Assembly (NCBI GenBank): GCA_030726915.1
Contig: JANRCR010000039.1
Coordinates: 508-64,507, forward strand
From: Candidatus Nanopelagicales bacterium
Lineage (GTDB): Bacteria > Actinomycetota > Actinomycetes > S36-B12
Direction: 5' to 3'
Length of the DNA stretch: 64,000 nt
The translations under genes were made by a program, and so were the position numbers. Shown in pieces: positions 31,207-39,990 of this stretch (position 1 is the stretch's first letter; every line of letters starts with the position of its first letter). Below the pieces are notes generated by a model, which saw nothing but the letters and a program-made list of their open reading frames with translations, was not told the origin of the DNA and made no database searches.

Positions 31207-32015
31207 GCCATCTGGATCGCATCGCCGCGCTGCTGACCAAGGCCGAGCGCAGTGACAACACTCACGAGGCCGAGGCCTATCTCGCCAAGGCCCAGGCTCT
31301 CGCGACGCAGGCGAGCGTCGACCTGGCTGTGGCGCGGGCGCTCACGGCGCGCCGCGAGGCACGGGAGCAGCCGGTGAGCGTCACCATCACCATCGGTGAG
31401 CGTGGCAAGCGTGCCAATACCCATCTGGTGAGCCTTTTCGTCGTGGTCGGCCAGTGCAACTCGCTGCAGGTCGACATTGCGCACAACTCCACCTACGTCA
31501 TCGCCTACGGCATGCCCAGCGACATTGCCCTCGTGGAGGCTCTCTTCGGCTCCCTCGCCACGCAGATGACGGCATCTGCGACGACCTGGCTCGCGGTCGG
31601 GGAGTGGAAGGGCGACACCTACGTCTCACGTGATGGCTGGCGCAAGCCGCACACGGGGCAGACTGCGCGCGCGGCGTTCTACCGTGCCTTCATCGAACGT
31701 ATCGGTGACCGCCTGCAGGAGGCACGCGAGGAGGTGCTCGCCGAGGCCGAGCGCCAGCGTGTCGAGATCCCTGCGGAGGTGCCGGGTGGCAAGGCCGTCG
31801 CGACGACGGGCGCCCTGGTGCTGCGCGGCAAGGAGACGGAGGTGCGGTCGTTCTATCGCAAGGCCTCCAGCGCACGTGGTCGATGGTCGGGCTACTCCGG
31901 AGGTGTCAGCCGCAACGCGGGCAGTGCCTCACAAGCCGGTCGCGACGCCGCGGCGCGTGCGCGTCTCACGACCGCCCGCGCAGTGTCCGGGAAGGGGCCG
32001 GGCCTGACCGCCTGA
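31203..32015 (+). CDS. DUF2786 domain-containing protein
   Basis: N-terminal LDRIAALLTKAERSDNTHEAEAYLAKAQAL is the DUF2786 hallmark. The GTG overlaps the upstream stop (GTGA). Confidence 0.7.
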   Translation: MSHLDRIAALLTKAERSDNTHEAEAYLAKAQALATQASVDLAVARALTARREAREQPVSVTITIGERGKRANTHLVSLFVVVGQCNSLQVDIAHNSTYVIAYGMPSDIALVEALFGSLATQMTASATTWLAVGEWKGDTYVSRDGWRKPHTGQTARAAFYRAFIERIGDRLQEAREEVLAEAERQRVEIPAEVPGGKAVATTGALVLRGKETEVRSFYRKASSARGRWSGYSGGVSRNAGSASQAGRDAAARARLTTARAVSGKGPGLTA

Positions 32016-32023
32016 CCGGGTGT

Positions 32024-33454
32024 CTATCTGCGACGCAGTGTCATGGGCATGCCGTCGCGCGTGCGCAGCGTCACCGCGGGCATGGGCTGCACATCAGCAT
32101 CGGGCATGAGTTCGGGCTGCCAGCGCTGGGCCAGCGTAGCCATCACGAGTGTCGCTTCCGTCCACGCGAACTGCTCACCAATGCAGCGGCGATTGCCCCA
32201 GCCAAAGGGGAACCACGCACCTCGCGGCTGGCCCGGCGCATCCTCGCTAAACTCACCCGAGCCATCGATCCAGCGCTGCGGCCGGAAGGCCAGGGGTGTC
32301 TCCCACCACCGAGTGCTGCGGTGCATGGCGAACTGGCTTGCCAGCACGAGCGCACCCTCGGGGATCAGCCAGCCCGCGACATCGAGATCAGCAAGGGTGC
32401 GACGGCCCTGCAACCAGGCCGGCGGATAGAGCCGGATCGCCTCTGCGATGACGGCGCGGGTGCGCGGCAGATTCGCGAAATCTGCCATGCTCGGAGGGCG
32501 TCCCCCCAACTCGCGATCAAGTTCCTCATGCAGCCACGCTGCGCGCTCGGGATGCTGTGACAGCAGCATCCAGGTCCAGGTCAGGGTCATAGCCGTCGTC
32601 TCGTGGCCCGCCATGACCAGGGTCATGGCCTCGTCGCGCACCTGTGCGTCGTCGAGCCCCATGCCCTCCTCCTGCGCGGCCAACAGCATGCTCAGCATGT
32701 CGCCGTTGTCCCCCATCGCCCGGTGCTCGTCGATGATGCGTTGGACCATCACATCCATGCGGGCCGAAGCTTCGAGCGCGCGACGGCGGGCTGGGGTGGG
32801 GATACGCAGGACGGTGGGTCCGAGCAGCAATCGAGCGCCCACGCCGCTGAGTATCGCCTCCATTTCCTTGCCGACCTCGCGCGCATCGCCGCGCAGGTCC
32901 GCACCAAAGAGCGTGCGCCCGACGATCGCCAAGGTCAGCGCGGCCATGTCCTGCTGCATATCGACGGTCTCCCCGTCCCGCCACGTCGCCTCATGTGCCG
33001 CGGTGAGGGAGACCATGTCGATGGCGTACGCCGCAATGCGATCACGGTGGAAGGCTGGTTGCACGAGCCGACGATTGCGCAGGTGTACGTCGCCCTCGCT
33101 CGTGAGCAGTCCATTGCCCAGAACGACCTTGGCCCCTTGGAGAGCACGGCCCTTCATCGTTTGTCGGCCGTGGGTGACGAAGACGTCCACGATGGCCTGT
33201 GGATCGGTCAGCACGTATACGTGTTCGCCGAGGAGTCGAAGGTGCGCCATGGCGGGGTAGGTGCGTTCGACCTCGACCATGAAGCCTGGCGCTGCTCCCG
33301 GGGCGCTGAAGCCGCGCAGTGCGCGCACTTGGGAGGGGCCCGGCGGCCGAGTGACGTCGCGGCGGCGATCCCGGGGGATCGGCACGTCGGAATGCATGAC
33401 GCGCTGCTGGGCGAGGCGAGCCGCCTCACGAATGTCAATCTCCGTCATGCTCAT
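32024..33454 (-). CDS. Cytochrome P450
   Basis: I-helix AGHETT, K-helix EAIRLYPP (ExxR) and the heme-thiolate loop FPFGWGNRRCIGEQFA. Confidence 0.92.
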   Translation of the reverse strand: MSMTEIDIREAARLAQQRVMHSDVPIPRDRRRDVTRPPGPSQVRALRGFSAPGAAPGFMVEVERTYPAMAHLRLLGEHVYVLTDPQAIVDVFVTHGRQTMKGRALQGAKVVLGNGLLTSEGDVHLRNRRLVQPAFHRDRIAAYAIDMVSLTAAHEATWRDGETVDMQQDMAALTLAIVGRTLFGADLRGDAREVGKEMEAILSGVGARLLLGPTVLRIPTPARRRALEASARMDVMVQRIIDEHRAMGDNGDMLSMLLAAQEEGMGLDDAQVRDEAMTLVMAGHETTAMTLTWTWMLLSQHPERAAWLHEELDRELGGRPPSMADFANLPRTRAVIAEAIRLYPPAWLQGRRTLADLDVAGWLIPEGALVLASQFAMHRSTRWWETPLAFRPQRWIDGSGEFSEDAPGQPRGAWFPFGWGNRRCIGEQFAWTEATLVMATLAQRWQPELMPDADVQPMPAVTLRTRDGMPMTLRRR

Positions 33455-33540
33455 CCCCCCAGTCTGACGTCCGGTGCCGCGCCATGCCCGACAGGGGCGA
33501 TTCCTTCGGGGGGCGTGTGCTCGTCTGTCAGGATGCCCCC

Positions 33541-34755
33541 GTGGCCGACGACCTGACCCTTGCCGACATTGAGGCTGCCTCGCAGCGTCTCGAGGGAGTT
33601 GTCCGCCGACTACCCGTCCACTCAGCCCGCTGGCTGTCCGACCGCGTCGGCGGTCCGGCCTTTCTCGCGACGGAGAACCTGCAACGAGCCGGGTCCTTCA
33701 AGATCCGCGGCGCCTACAACCGGCTCAGCCAACTCAATGAGTCAGAGCGTGCCGTGGGCGTCGTCGCTGCTTCCGCCGGCAACCACGCCCAGGGCGTCGC
33801 CCTAGCCTCACAGATGCTGGGGATCCAAGCCACGATCTTTATGCCCCGATCCGCGAGTATGCCCAAGGTCACCGCGACCCGTGACTACGGCGCCGACGTA
33901 CGCTTTCATGGCGCCACCCTGGATGAGGCGCTGGTCGAGGCGCGTAGTTTTGCGCAGGAGACCGGTGCGATTTTCATCTCCCCGTTTGACCACCCGGACA
34001 TCGTGGCGGGGCAGGGGACCCTGGGGTTGGAGATCCTCGAGCAGGTGCCCGACGTCCGCACGATTGTCGTCTGCACGGGCGGGGGCGGCTTGCTCGCGGG
34101 TGTCGCGCTCGCTGTCGGGTCGCTTCGGCCCGATGTCAGGGTCGTCGGTGCCCAGGCGGCGGGAGCGGCGGCGTACCCGCCCTCCCTGATCGCGGGGCAT
34201 CCTGTGCCGCTCAAGACAATGCGCACGATGGCCGATGGCATTGCGGTGGGTCGTCCGGGTGACGTGCCTTTTGCGATCATTCAAAAGTACGTCCGCGATA
34301 TCCGCGTGGTCTCGGAGGACATGCTGGCCAAGGCGCAGTTGCTCCTCCTGGAGAGATCCAAGTTGGTCGTGGAGCCGGGCGGTGCAGCCGCAGTTGCCGC
34401 GGTCATTGATGACCCCACATCGTTCGAGGCCCCGCTTGTCGCTGTGCTCTCCGGCGGCAATGTTGATCCCCTCGTGATGATGCGGGTGATCCGCCACGGC
34501 CTCACGGCGGGTGGGCGCTTTAGCCAAGTTACAGTGCATGTGCCCGACCGGCCGGGCTCCTTGGCCGGTCTCCTCGCAGAGATCGGCGCGTGGGATGCCA
34601 ATGTCGTTGACGTGTCCCACCTGCGGACGAATCCGCGCCTTGCTGTCGATGAGGTGGAGATCACGATCGACCTGGAGACACGCGGGCCCGAGCACCGGGA
34701 GCAATTACTTGAGCACCTACGGACGCGTGGGTACCGCATCGCTGAGGTGCACTAG
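33541..34755 (+). CDS. ilvA: Threonine ammonia-lyase (threonine dehydratase)
   Basis: PLP-lysine motif SFKIRGA, ASAGNHAQG, and a C-terminal ACT-like regulatory domain. GTG 33541 was chosen, although the ORF also has an ATG at 33484. Confidence 0.88.
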   Translation: MADDLTLADIEAASQRLEGVVRRLPVHSARWLSDRVGGPAFLATENLQRAGSFKIRGAYNRLSQLNESERAVGVVAASAGNHAQGVALASQMLGIQATIFMPRSASMPKVTATRDYGADVRFHGATLDEALVEARSFAQETGAIFISPFDHPDIVAGQGTLGLEILEQVPDVRTIVVCTGGGGLLAGVALAVGSLRPDVRVVGAQAAGAAAYPPSLIAGHPVPLKTMRTMADGIAVGRPGDVPFAIIQKYVRDIRVVSEDMLAKAQLLLLERSKLVVEPGGAAAVAAVIDDPTSFEAPLVAVLSGGNVDPLVMMRVIRHGLTAGGRFSQVTVHVPDRPGSLAGLLAEIGAWDANVVDVSHLRTNPRLAVDEVEITIDLETRGPEHREQLLEHLRTRGYRIAEVH

Positions 34756-34775
34756 GTCGGAGTAGCCTTCACGCC

Positions 34776-35729
34776 GTGTCCGACATGATCATCGCCCGTG
34801 GCCTGGTGAAGAAGTACGGCGATGTCGTGGCCCTGGACGGTCTGGACCTCACCGTGCCGGAGGGGACAGTCTTCGGGCTCCTCGGCCCCAATGGAGCGGG
34901 CAAGACGACCACGGTCCGCATCCTCACCACGCTCCTGCTGCCGGACTCGGGCACGGCGACGGTCGATGGGCTGGACGTCGTAAAGAAGCCCAATGCCGTC
35001 CGTCGCATCATCGGGCTCACCGGCCAGTACGCCGCGGTCGATGAATACCTCACGGGCCGGGAGAACCTCAGGATGTTCGGGGACCTCTACCACCTGCCCT
35101 CGAAGTACGTGAAGGAGCGCAGCGACGAGCTGCTTGACCGCTTCGACCTGGCTGATGCCGCCGACCGGTCCCTGCGCACCTACTCGGGCGGCATGCGCCG
35201 CCGACTCGATCTCGCCGCGAGCCTCATCGCAAAGCCCCGCGTGCTCTTCCTCGATGAGCCGACGACGGGACTCGACCCGCGCTCGCGCATCGGACTGTGG
35301 GAGGTCATCACCGACCTCGTCGCTGACGGCACCACCGTCTTGCTCACGACGCAGTACCTCGAGGAAGCAGATCAATTGGCGGAGGAGATCGTGGTCATCG
35401 ATCACGGTCGGGTCATCGCCCAGGGGACATCCGACACCCTCAAGGATCAGGTCGGCGGCGATCGACTTGAGGTCGTCGTCGAGAACCCGGCCCAGGTCGA
35501 TGAGGCGGCCCAGGCCCTGCGCTCGGTGGCGACGGGAGAGGTCACGGTGAATCGAGCGGATCACCGGGTCGTCGCACCGGTGATCGGCGGGTCCCTCACG
35601 CTGGTCGACGCCGTGCGCTCGCTTGACGCGGCGCGCGTGGCTATCGCTGACGTCGCGCTACGCCGGCCGACACTGGATGACGTCTTCCTCTCCCTGACCG
35701 GGCATTCTGCAGAGGAGGACCAGGCATGA
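34776..35729 (+). CDS. ABC transporter ATP-binding protein (DrrA/ABC-2 type)
   Basis: Walker A GPNGAGKTT, signature YSGGMRRR and Walker B VLFLDEPT. Confidence 0.9.
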   Translation: MSDMIIARGLVKKYGDVVALDGLDLTVPEGTVFGLLGPNGAGKTTTVRILTTLLLPDSGTATVDGLDVVKKPNAVRRIIGLTGQYAAVDEYLTGRENLRMFGDLYHLPSKYVKERSDELLDRFDLADAADRSLRTYSGGMRRRLDLAASLIAKPRVLFLDEPTTGLDPRSRIGLWEVITDLVADGTTVLLTTQYLEEADQLAEEIVVIDHGRVIAQGTSDTLKDQVGGDRLEVVVENPAQVDEAAQALRSVATGEVTVNRADHRVVAPVIGGSLTLVDAVRSLDAARVAIADVALRRPTLDDVFLSLTGHSAEEDQA

Positions 35730-36577
35730 GCACCGTTGTCCCCACGCGTCCGCGCCCGATCATCGGCTGGGGCCTTCACGACGGCCTCGTCGTAGCCCGA
35801 CGCAATCTCATCCAGACCGTCCGGGTGCCGGAGCTGCTCTTCTTCTCCATCGTGCAGCCGGTCATCTTCGTGCTGCTCTTTGCCTTCGTCTTCGGCGGCG
35901 CGATTCCCATCCCCGGGTCGGATCCGACCACGGCGCCGGATGCGAATGTCTACCGGCAGTACCTCATGCCCGGCATCTTCGGGCAGACGGTGGCCTTCGC
36001 CTCCGCTGCCGCGACGGTCGGAATCGCCGAGGACATGAAGCGCGGCATCATCGACCGCTTCCGCTCGCTTCCCATGGCGTCGGGCGGTGTGCTTATCGGG
36101 CGTACCTTCGCCGACGCAGCGCGCCAGATCCTGGTGCTCTTTGTGCTCAGCGTCACCGGTCTGCTCATCGGCTGGCGCATCAACGATGGCGTGCTTAACG
36201 CCATCTACGCCTACCTGCTGCTCCTGCTCTTCGCCTACACGGTGGCGTGGATCGGGTCGTGGATCGGTCTCTACATGCCCAATCCGGAGACGGCGCAGAC
36301 GGCCGGTCTGGTGTGGCTCTTCCCGCTGACCTTCCTCTCCAACGCCTTCGTGCCCATCACCGCGATGCCGACGTGGCTGCAGCCCATCGCCCAGTGGAAC
36401 CCGGTGTCCTCGCTGGTGTTGGCCACGCGTGAGCTCTTCGGCAATCCCACGGGGATCATCGGCGACATGTGGCCGCAGCAGAATCCGATCGCCTACACCC
36501 TGATCTCGTGCGCCGTGCTGATCGCGATCTTTGCCCCGCTCGCCGTGCGGCGCTACCGCACCGCGACGAGCCGTTAA
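35726..36577 (+). CDS. ABC-2 type transporter permease
   Basis: Six predicted TM helices. The ATG overlaps the ATPase stop (ATGA). Confidence 0.85.
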   Translation: MSTVVPTRPRPIIGWGLHDGLVVARRNLIQTVRVPELLFFSIVQPVIFVLLFAFVFGGAIPIPGSDPTTAPDANVYRQYLMPGIFGQTVAFASAAATVGIAEDMKRGIIDRFRSLPMASGGVLIGRTFADAARQILVLFVLSVTGLLIGWRINDGVLNAIYAYLLLLLFAYTVAWIGSWIGLYMPNPETAQTAGLVWLFPLTFLSNAFVPITAMPTWLQPIAQWNPVSSLVLATRELFGNPTGIIGDMWPQQNPIAYTLISCAVLIAIFAPLAVRRYRTATSR

Positions 36578-36581
36578 TCTC

Positions 36582-36654
36582 CACTTCGTTGAGTGGCGAG
36601 TTGTGTGGCGCGACACGCCGTGAGATGGCGCATGTGCCGCCACTCAACGAAGTG
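36582..36654. repeat. Perfect 17-bp inverted repeat (CACTTCGTTGAGTGGCG ... CGCCACTCAACGAAGTG) with a 39-nt spacer; possible bidirectional terminator
   Basis: The arms at 36582-36598 and 36638-36654 are exact reverse complements. The repeat fills the 81-nt gap between the convergent ABC permease and greA genes. No U-tract is present. Confidence 0.85.
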
Positions 36655-36658
36655 AGTG

Positions 36659-37147
36659 TCAGCCGGCGTACGCGGTGACGGCGGTGACCTGCACGGTGAC
36701 CTTGTTGCCGTTGGCGACGGCGTAGGTCGCCGTATCGCCAACATGCGTCCCGAGCACAGCCTTGCCCAGCGGTGATGTCGGTGAGTAGACCTCAACCGAT
36801 GCGTGGGCGGCTTCCTCACGCGATCCGAGGAGGAAGGTCTCCTCGTCGCCAAGATCAACGAAGCGCACCGTCACCACCCTGCCGGGAGCGACCTCATCAG
36901 GGGCGGCCTCGGGAGCACCGATGCGGGAGTTTTCGAGCAGTTGCTTGAGTTGGCGGATGCGGGCCTCGTTTTTGCCCTGCTCCTCCTTGGCGGCGTGATA
37001 CCCGCCGTTTTCCTTGAGGTCGCCCTCTTCGCGAGCGGCCTCAATGCGCTTGGTGATCTCGGAGCGACGCGGCCCGGAGCGCTCAGTGAGCTCGCTCTGC
37101 AGGCGGTCATGTGCGTCCTGGGTCAGCCAGGTGATGTCGGTGCTCAT
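36659..37147 (-). CDS. greA: Transcription elongation factor GreA
   Basis: WLTQDAHDRLQSEL and GDLKENGGYHAAKEEQ. The start MSTDITW at 37147 was chosen. Confidence 0.93.
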   Translation of the reverse strand: MSTDITWLTQDAHDRLQSELTERSGPRRSEITKRIEAAREEGDLKENGGYHAAKEEQGKNEARIRQLKQLLENSRIGAPEAAPDEVAPGRVVTVRFVDLGDEETFLLGSREEAAHASVEVYSPTSPLGKAVLGTHVGDTATYAVANGNKVTVQVTAVTAYAG

Positions 37148-37170
37148 TCCCTCAGGGTACGGCGTACACC

Positions 37171-37659
37171 TCAGGCTGGTTCGGCTGGAGCCCACGGCTG
37201 GTCGGGTGGTACGACGCCGGGTGGGAATTGCGGCGGTACGACACGCTCGGGTGGTGCGCCTGCCTCGCAGGTGAGGACCTCGGCCACATAGGCCGGGGCG
37301 AGGGTGCGCAGGGAGTAGGTCTGCTGCACGTAAGTCGACCCGCGTGGGATGGGGACCACGACGTAACCCACGTCGGTGCGTGACTCATCCTGCGCTCGCA
37401 GCACGCAGTAGACATCCCACTCTGCTGCGCGCCTCACCTCAAAGGTGATGTCAACGCGGTCGGGGGCGATGTCATCCCACGCCAGGAGCTCATAGGTCAC
37501 GCGTGGGGAGATGAGTTGGAAGGTGACGAATCCCATAGCCCCGACGAATCCCACTGCGGCGAGGACTCCGACCAGGATCACTCCCCATGGTCGCCGACCG
37601 ATGCCGTAGCGCGCTTGGAGGTCAGGGGGGAGGGAGCGGCCGTCGATGGCGCTGCTCAT
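37171..37659 (-). CDS. DUF4307 domain-containing membrane protein
   Basis: Single TM helix followed by a conserved beta-rich domain. It sits between greA and mca, as in other actinobacteria. AGGAGG precedes ATG 37659. Confidence 0.75.
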   Translation of the reverse strand: MSSAIDGRSLPPDLQARYGIGRRPWGVILVGVLAAVGFVGAMGFVTFQLISPRVTYELLAWDDIAPDRVDITFEVRRAAEWDVYCVLRAQDESRTDVGYVVVPIPRGSTYVQQTYSLRTLAPAYVAEVLTCEAGAPPERVVPPQFPPGVVPPDQPWAPAEPA

Positions 37660-37705
37660 GAGACCTCCTGTCGCGTGGTGTTCTGCGCCTTGCGAGACTA
37701 GCGGG

Positions 37706-38590
37706 GTGTCTGAGCCCCTGCGCCTGATGGCCGTGCACGCGCATCCCGACGACGAGTCGAGCAAGGGCGCGGCAACCATGGCCTATTACGTGAAGGAAGG
37801 CGTGGAGGTCCTCGTCGTGACCTGCACCGGTGGGGAGCGGGGTGACGTCCTCAATCCGGTGGCCCAGGCGGACGTCGATGCCGTGGGTATCGCGGCGGTG
37901 CGCCGCCGCGAGATGGCCGAGGCGGTCCGCATCCTGGGTGTCCAGCACGCCTGGCTCGGCTTCGAGGACTCAGGCTTCCCCGAGGGCGACCCCACACCAC
38001 CCCTGCCCGAAGGCTGCTTCGCGGCACTCCCCCTGGAGGAGGTGTCAGCGCCGCTCGTGGAGTTGGTGCGAGCATTTCGTCCGCACGTCATGACCACGTA
38101 CGACGAAAACGGTGGCTACCCGCACCCGGATCACATTCGCTGCCATGAGGTCGCGATGGAGGCCTTCACGACAGCGGGTGATCCAGCGGCGTATCCCGGC
38201 ACGGGCGAGGCGTGGCAGCCCTTGAAGCTGTACTACAACCTCACCTTCCACAGGGCACGGGTGACCGCATTCCATGATGCGCTCCTGGATGGTGGCCATG
38301 ATTCGCCCTACGGCGAATGGCTCGAGGAGTGGGAGGGCGACGACGCCTATCGGGTGACGACGCGGGTGTGCGTCGATGAGTTCTTCCCCCTCCGCGATGA
38401 GGCACTGCGAGCGCATCGCACGCAGGTGGAGCCCGACGGGATGTGGTTTGCGGTCCCGACCCACATGCAGCGTGAGATCTGGCCTACAGAGGACTTCCAA
38501 CTCGCCGTGTCACATGTCCCGACACAGACACCCGAAACCGATCTTTTCGCCGGCATTCGTGGCGATGTGAGCGCGGGAGACGCGCCATGA
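37706..38590 (+). CDS. mca: Mycothiol S-conjugate amidase (LmbE/MshB-Mca family)
   Basis: LRLMAVHAHPDDES zinc motif, about 295 aa, and linkage to greA. An MshB-type deacetylase paralogue cannot be excluded. Confidence 0.85.
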   Translation: MSEPLRLMAVHAHPDDESSKGAATMAYYVKEGVEVLVVTCTGGERGDVLNPVAQADVDAVGIAAVRRREMAEAVRILGVQHAWLGFEDSGFPEGDPTPPLPEGCFAALPLEEVSAPLVELVRAFRPHVMTTYDENGGYPHPDHIRCHEVAMEAFTTAGDPAAYPGTGEAWQPLKLYYNLTFHRARVTAFHDALLDGGHDSPYGEWLEEWEGDDAYRVTTRVCVDEFFPLRDEALRAHRTQVEPDGMWFAVPTHMQREIWPTEDFQLAVSHVPTQTPETDLFAGIRGDVSAGDAP

Positions 38591-38886
38591 CCCACATCTG
38601 GGGGCTCCTGCTCACCACCGTGTACCTCGAGGAGAGCCCACTCCCGAGTCCTCTCCCCGAGGAGCCGCCCATCGATCCGTCGCGCATCACTCCCGGCCTG
38701 CTCGGAGGGCTGTCCTTCATCTTCTTGATCATTGCGATAGTGCTGCTCTACCGCTCCATGCGCAAGCAAATGAGCAGGGTGAATCCGGATCTGCCGCGGG
38801 GCCCCGGTGATCGTGAGCGCGCTGCTGACGAGCAGATGACCGAGGAAGCCGAGGAGCGCGGGTCCGACGAGCCGCCGAAGACGTGA
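38587..38886 (+). CDS. Small membrane protein, hypothetical
   Basis: 99 aa with one central TM helix (GLLGGLSFIFLIIAIVLLY) and an acidic tail. The ATG overlaps the mca stop (ATGA). Confidence 0.5.
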   Translation: MTHIWGLLLTTVYLEESPLPSPLPEEPPIDPSRITPGLLGGLSFIFLIIAIVLLYRSMRKQMSRVNPDLPRGPGDRERAADEQMTEEAEERGSDEPPKT

Positions 38887-38887
38887 G

Positions 38888-39610
38888 ATGGCGCTCAGCG
38901 CTCGCGCGGTGGGATTCACGACGCTGGCCGTCGTCCTCTCTGCCGTGTGTGTCGTTGCCGGCACGTGGCAGGGTGTGAGAACCCGCGACATCGTGGAGGC
39001 CGAGAGAGCGTCGGCATCCGCCCCCATCCCGGTGCTGGAGGCCGCGGACATCGATGGCTTCCCGGCCACGTCCGTGGGACGCCCCGTCACCGCTGTGGGT
39101 GCGTACGGCGATGAGCAGGTGCTCGTGGCCCAGCGAGAGTTGGACGGGCGACCGGGTGAATGGGTGGTCGCCCCGATGGTGATCGACGGCACGACAGTCG
39201 CCGTACTCCGCGGATGGATCGACTCTCCGGACAGTCCTGCGCTCGCGCTGCCCACGGCGCCCGTCGCGATCGCGGGCGCGATGCAGCCGTTCGAGGACTT
39301 CTATGCCGAGCAGCCACGGCTCCCCGACGGTCGACTCGTCGCGGTATCACGGGGGGAGCTGGAGGCGGCGTGGGGGACCCCGGTCCTATCCCTTGTCCTG
39401 GTTGTGTCGGAGCAGACACCGCCGTCGGTGCCGGGCCCCGTGCCGGTGCCGCTCACTGTGCAGACGGCGAACGTGCCCTTCCCCTTGCAAAATGCCGCCT
39501 ACACACTGCAGTGGTTTGTCTTCGCGGGTTTTGTCTGGGTGATGTGGTGGCTGTGGCTGGTGCGCCCCCGTGCGGATAGCCTGGATGGCGACACAAAGGA
39601 GATGACATGA
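38888..39610 (+). CDS. SURF1 family protein (cytochrome oxidase assembly factor-like)
   Basis: One TM helix at the N-terminus and one at the C-terminus. The conserved C-terminal motif is NAAYTLQWFVFAGF, and VLRGWI lies in the loop. Confidence 0.7.
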   Translation: MALSARAVGFTTLAVVLSAVCVVAGTWQGVRTRDIVEAERASASAPIPVLEAADIDGFPATSVGRPVTAVGAYGDEQVLVAQRELDGRPGEWVVAPMVIDGTTVAVLRGWIDSPDSPALALPTAPVAIAGAMQPFEDFYAEQPRLPDGRLVAVSRGELEAAWGTPVLSLVLVVSEQTPPSVPGPVPVPLTVQTANVPFPLQNAAYTLQWFVFAGFVWVMWWLWLVRPRADSLDGDTKEMT

Positions 39611-39966
39611 AGGGCCTATCCGGCGCCCTGCTTCGATTCCGTGTGATGGCGTGGGTGACGGGAGTACTCCTCGTCATCATGTCCGTGATCTTCCTGCCAT
39701 TGAAGTATGGCTTCGGTCTCACAGAGTCCGGGATCCTTGCGACGCTGTATGCCATTGGTTGGCAGGCGCACGGCTGGCTCTACATCCTCTATGTCGCCGC
39801 CGGCCTCGACGTGTGTTTCCGGCTGCGCTACTCCGTGATTCGCACGGTCGGCATTTTACTCGCGGGGACGATTCCCTTTGCCTCGTTCTTTGCTGACCAC
39901 TACGTCACGCGTAGCGTCCACGCACGCCTCGCGGCAGATGCCACCGGCGCGGCACCGACCGCCTAG
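39607..39966 (+). CDS. DUF3817 domain-containing membrane protein
   Basis: LRFRVMAWVTGVLLV ... HGWLYILYV ... GTIPFASFF pattern. The ATG overlaps the SURF1 stop (ATGA). Confidence 0.75.
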   Translation: MKGLSGALLRFRVMAWVTGVLLVIMSVIFLPLKYGFGLTESGILATLYAIGWQAHGWLYILYVAAGLDVCFRLRYSVIRTVGILLAGTIPFASFFADHYVTRSVHARLAADATGAAPTA

Positions 39967-39990
39967 GTCGCCACTCGCTCAGGCGGGATG

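Noticed and set aside
32024-33454. The cytochrome P450 considered as a marker of a secondary-metabolite gene cluster.
   Set aside because: Its flanks are the DUF2786 gene and ilvA. No ferredoxin, PKS/NRPS, terpene synthase or tailoring genes are nearby.
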